Source of the DNA: Candidatus Micrarchaeota archaeon
Lineage (GTDB): Archaea; Micrarchaeota; Micrarchaeia; Micrarchaeales; CABMGC01
Length of the DNA: 59,852 nucleotides
Assembly: GCA_021804105.1 (NCBI GenBank)
Contig: JAJZKP010000004.1
Span: forward strand, 1 to 59,852
Reading direction: 5' to 3'
This document shows positions 56,386 to 59,852 of this stretch, piece after piece; position 1 is the stretch's first letter, and every line of letters begins with the position of its first letter. The notes beneath the pieces are model-generated. The model made no database searches, was not told the DNA's origin, and saw only the letters and a list, made by a program, of their open reading frames with translations. The position numbers and the translations under genes are program-made.

Positions 56386-59300
56386 GTGGTATTGCCCATA
56401 ACCAGAAAGAGTCCAAACTACATTATTATTCTAATTGCTGCAGTGTCGGTAGCCATAATTGCTGTGTTCCTACTTACAATTAGGTTACAGGGAACACCAC
56501 AGGCAGAAAATCTTAGCATGCCAGACCCTTATACTCATCTTGGCAATGCCTCGTTCGCGCTGGTTGCTCCATATAATGTTTTGTCAGCTAATGGCAGGTT
56601 CGCATCACTGGCAAGCGAGAGATATGATTTCAGGTACACCGACGCAGCGAATTTCACAAGTGTAGAGAACTCCACATTCATAGTAATTGTAGTAAACAGT
56701 AGTAGCGGTGCGTACGCGCAACTTGCAACGAAAGCCATCAATATCACAGAGCTTGACAGTGCTCTGAATTACACAAAAGGCGCAATGATAAGCAAGTATA
56801 ATGTATGGGGTTCCGCACAGACCGTCTTTCTGTTAATAGGATATAATGCAAGCTCGCTTTCTTCAGCTCTGTTGAGTTTTTTTGTTAAAAGCCCTGTCTA
56901 CGCCCCAAAGCAGTTTAGCGTAAGGTTCGTGAATGAGAGCGGCAAGGCACCTGGTGATCCCGTAATGGATGCGGTTCTTGACGGCACTTATGAGCTCAGT
57001 CCACATGACAGCGCACTTCCATACCCCTACAGCTATTACGATAACTTTGCATACCTGATATATTATGCTCCTGTGATAACTTCGATAGTTCCTGGATTTG
57101 AAGGCAACAGTTCAGGTTCTGGATTGCCGCTGTCTGCTCCAATATGCATGCCGCCTCCTCCTCCCCCTGGAGGCGGTTCATCGATGTGCATAGGCGATTA
57201 TGCTGCGATGCCAATGCTGCAGGTAGGAAGTGCGCCCCCTTTACGTCCGCAGTGGAGCTATGATACTGGAGACTGCGAGTTCTTTGGCATAGATGACTGC
57301 ATAGATGCTGAGGGCTGGGCTGCTTCGGGCCTGAACCCGCAGCTTCCCTACAGAGAGATACCAAGCGTCTACTTCGGAGTCACTTTTACTGGAAGCCCTG
57401 TTCCTCCTTCGATGGATGGCACATTTGGCCCCGTGTCGGACAGCCTCCCAATCACCTGGTGGGTTTATGGGCCGAGCTCGTTCGGAGAATCGACCGGAGG
57501 GTTTCAATCAAGCCTATCTGGGGTTATGAACGAGTCTGAGACTGCGCTGCTGATCAACGCAGGCGTTGATATGTTCTCTGCACCCATAGGCGAAACCCCA
57601 GTCGGCAATTTTACCGTATACAACGCAACAAACTCCTCTTCTACGTATTCGTGCGGCAGCGAAATATGCGGGATGAAATTCAACTACACCATATACGCGC
57701 TCCTTAACATATCATCCACGATACCAGGGGACGCATCGGTGGCGTCTCCGCGGGGATACTCGCCAAACCCGCAGCTTAACTATTCGCCTGTGCTGGAACC
57801 TGTGTCGCTCTCCACGCCCAAGATTGTGAAAACCTCTGCGCAGACATACTACTTCAGTTACTGGAGTGTCTACTCCGAGCTGGCAGGCAACCAATACTAC
57901 AAAAAATACAGCACGTCAAATATAACATTCCAGCTTATAGGGCCCACGCAGGCCAGGGCTATATACACAACAAATACTACTGCGGCCAACGGCCCTGGCA
58001 ATGTTATAATATACAGTGATTATATTCCTATGTTCCAGTTTGGGTCATGTTCTAACAACCCTGCAAACTGCACAAAGTATGGGAGTTATTACCGGATACC
58101 AAATGTCTCTGTGTCCATATCGATACCTGGGGGGAAGGAGGTATTTTCAGGAGCCACAAACGCAACGGCAATGGCAGTTACTGGAAAGCTTGCAGGCGGG
58201 TGCTACAATATCGCAGTCTCTAAGCAGGGTTACAATCTTTTCGCAGATCCGAATCCGCTATGCGTCAACGGCGTAACATCGTTGTTCCTAGTCGATACGG
58301 ATCCCTATATATTTGATATAACGTGGCCTTCATCATATCCGTATGCACTTGCGCCTGTCAACGGCACTATACCAATTAACGTATCCGTGCGCTACGCCAG
58401 CACCGGTGCATCTGCAGGAAATTCCTCGAGGTATCTGTATGCACACACCACTTCAGGCGTAATGGAAGGATACTCTTCTGGGCGCATAGTAAACGGCTAT
58501 TCAAACCTCTCAGCAAATGGAACTGCAGACTTTTTGTGGGAGGTTGGCAAAACTCCAGGGATGCACGTGATAAACTTTACAATCGGCGTGGGATGGCCCA
58601 TACTGTCGGAATCCTACTCTATGCCGGTGGTTGCCTATTCCGGCAATTATTTGAGGACAGAGTTGAACATAAGCCTTTCAAATACAACAGAATACGCTTC
58701 TCCGGGAGAGTCTTTCGCTGACAACATAACCGTAAGACTGTGCAGAACGTATCTTATTTCAAACAGGTCGCTGCCCTGTATGCCCTTAATGCCGTATGCT
58801 TCAAACATGTCTTTGATATACGTGAATGACAGGCCGGCCAACACTACTGCAGTATTTGTACCGGATCCAGCCCCTGCAAATTCAGAATCATTAAGCGACA
58901 TGGCATCCTTACGTATATCTCTAGGCAGTGGTGTGCGAAATGGCCTGTATGTAGCCAGGATAACTTCAGTTATGCATACTTCCAATGCAACATACAATTC
59001 AACTGTGCCGCTGCTGATATATGTACCTAAAAATACATCTGCGAACAACAGCACGACAACCATACCGCCAACAAGTATATCAACCACAACAATACCTATT
59101 GTTTCAGGATATGGGGCGCTTAACATAAATGTGTTTTTCAATGGCGCTCCTGCCCCTGCTGCTGAAGTAGGTGCATTCTCGCCAGGCATACAAACTTACA
59201 GTGGATGGTACACTAATTCGAACGGCGAATACTATACTGGATATATAATACCACCTGGCAGCTACGAGGTTGATGGCACCTATCACAATATAACCAATAG

Positions 59301-59574
59301 CACGAACTATCTTAACGTCAGCGCGGGGAAAGTGACATACGTTGATATATACATTTATGGCACTGTAAACACAACTACAACGTCATCTACAACCACCACA
59401 ACTTCGATAACATCTACCTCTTCCACAAGCACTATGCCGTCTTCTACCACTACTGTGCAATCCGGCTATTACGAATGCAATGTGTGTTATAAAGTGATTG
59501 AGGCTGGATTTACCTGCCCATCAACATGCCCTACATCAGTATTGTGCAACTACGGCGGTTTTAAATGCACCTAA
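56386..59574 (+). CDS. Large membrane-anchored surface (glyco)protein
   Basis: N-terminal TM, many N-x-S/T sequons, beta-sandwich/carboxypeptidase-regulatory-like segments (Y.I.VSK.GY; TNSNG.Y...PG.Y), Thr-rich tracts, C-terminal six-Cys domain. Confidence 0.8.
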   Translation: MVLPITRKSPNYIIILIAAVSVAIIAVFLLTIRLQGTPQAENLSMPDPYTHLGNASFALVAPYNVLSANGRFASLASERYDFRYTDAANFTSVENSTFIVIVVNSSSGAYAQLATKAINITELDSALNYTKGAMISKYNVWGSAQTVFLLIGYNASSLSSALLSFFVKSPVYAPKQFSVRFVNESGKAPGDPVMDAVLDGTYELSPHDSALPYPYSYYDNFAYLIYYAPVITSIVPGFEGNSSGSGLPLSAPICMPPPPPPGGGSSMCIGDYAAMPMLQVGSAPPLRPQWSYDTGDCEFFGIDDCIDAEGWAASGLNPQLPYREIPSVYFGVTFTGSPVPPSMDGTFGPVSDSLPITWWVYGPSSFGESTGGFQSSLSGVMNESETALLINAGVDMFSAPIGETPVGNFTVYNATNSSSTYSCGSEICGMKFNYTIYALLNISSTIPGDASVASPRGYSPNPQLNYSPVLEPVSLSTPKIVKTSAQTYYFSYWSVYSELAGNQYYKKYSTSNITFQLIGPTQARAIYTTNTTAANGPGNVIIYSDYIPMFQFGSCSNNPANCTKYGSYYRIPNVSVSISIPGGKEVFSGATNATAMAVTGKLAGGCYNIAVSKQGYNLFADPNPLCVNGVTSLFLVDTDPYIFDITWPSSYPYALAPVNGTIPINVSVRYASTGASAGNSSRYLYAHTTSGVMEGYSSGRIVNGYSNLSANGTADFLWEVGKTPGMHVINFTIGVGWPILSESYSMPVVAYSGNYLRTELNISLSNTTEYASPGESFADNITVRLCRTYLISNRSLPCMPLMPYASNMSLIYVNDRPANTTAVFVPDPAPANSESLSDMASLRISLGSGVRNGLYVARITSVMHTSNATYNSTVPLLIYVPKNTSANNSTTTIPPTSISTTTIPIVSGYGALNINVFFNGAPAPAAEVGAFSPGIQTYSGWYTNSNGEYYTGYIIPPGSYEVDGTYHNITNSTNYLNVSAGKVTYVDIYIYGTVNTTTTSSTTTTTSITSTSSTSTMPSSTTTVQSGYYECNVCYKVIEAGFTCPSTCPTSVLCNYGGFKCT

Positions 59575-59735
59575 GGCGTCGGCGCGTTACGGCAGTGCAA
59601 GGCACGCGTGTAAGTTTTATGTAACGGCACATCGTTAGGCATATTGAGGTACTTTGCGCCTAGTGGCCTTATTCTGGAGACCAGCTTTTAGGGGAAGGAC
59701 GCAGAAAGGTAGTGGGGGCCGTACTTGAAGCGCAT

Positions 59736-59807
59736 CGCCCGATGCAGGGATCGAACCTGCGACATCCTGGTTAACAGCCAAGCGCTCTACCACTGAGCTA
59801 ATCGGGC
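59736..59807 (-). tRNA. tRNA-Asn(GTT)
   Basis: GCCCGAT...ATCGGGC-G acceptor, CTTGG-CT-GTT-AA-CCAGG anticodon arm, GCAGG-TTCGATC-CCTGC T-arm; no encoded CCA. Confidence 0.96.
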
Positions 59808-59852
59808 ATTTTGAAGAATGGGAACGGCTCTGCGAGCTTTACTATCTTGATG

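Larger units (their letters stand above)
53491..59746. mobile_element. Putative tRNA-Asn-integrated island made of tandem integrase-less cassettes
   Basis: Three direct copies of the tRNA 3'-end core, accessory cargo, partly AT-richer by eye, no integrase recognised. Confidence 0.65.

Noticed and set aside
1-59852. CRISPR arrays, rRNA genes, inteins, tRNA introns, transposases
   Set aside because: None seen; the only spaced repeats are the three kb-separated att-like sites, which do not fit a CRISPR repeat-spacer pattern.

Overview
Gene-dense archaeal chromosome segment, most likely from a DPANN archaeon of the Micrarchaeota type. This is an inference from two KAQSA(I/M)EYLMTYGWA class III signal peptides, GGTGA ribosome-binding sites, a thermopsin, archaeal ribosomal and translation proteins, and tRNAs without encoded CCA. 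Core content: SUI1 (partial), Hel308, SepF, an aIF5A-S24e-S27ae-CPBP-TrmJ run, two tandem FtsZ2-like genes, DNA ligase, a regulator-sufBDCS operon, aIF5B, NDK, a complex I-like operon (nuoABCDHIJKLN plus sufT, with no nuoM or nuoEFG in the window), class II LysRS, a bacterial-type carboxy(nor)spermidine pathway, transporters and three tRNAs (Thr-CGT, Lys-TTT, Asn-GTT). The most interesting signal is at the right end. The 3' end of tRNA-Asn plus its trailer forms a 14-bp dyad that recurs twice more downstream (about 53.5 and 55.0 kb; perfect in the first copy, degenerate in the second), each time fused to the same 29-bp hairpin arm. These junctions delimit integrase-less gene cassettes (an AAA+ ATPase; DUF488, a membrane protein and a 1062-aa surface protein), which suggests a tRNA-anchored, integron-like cassette array. 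Other leads are a Cys-containing suf regulator with a palindromic operator, two orphan tandem paralog pairs, and probable CTG/ATA start codons. All calls come from motif recognition by eye; no database searches were run. Where my start differs from the ORF track, I say so.
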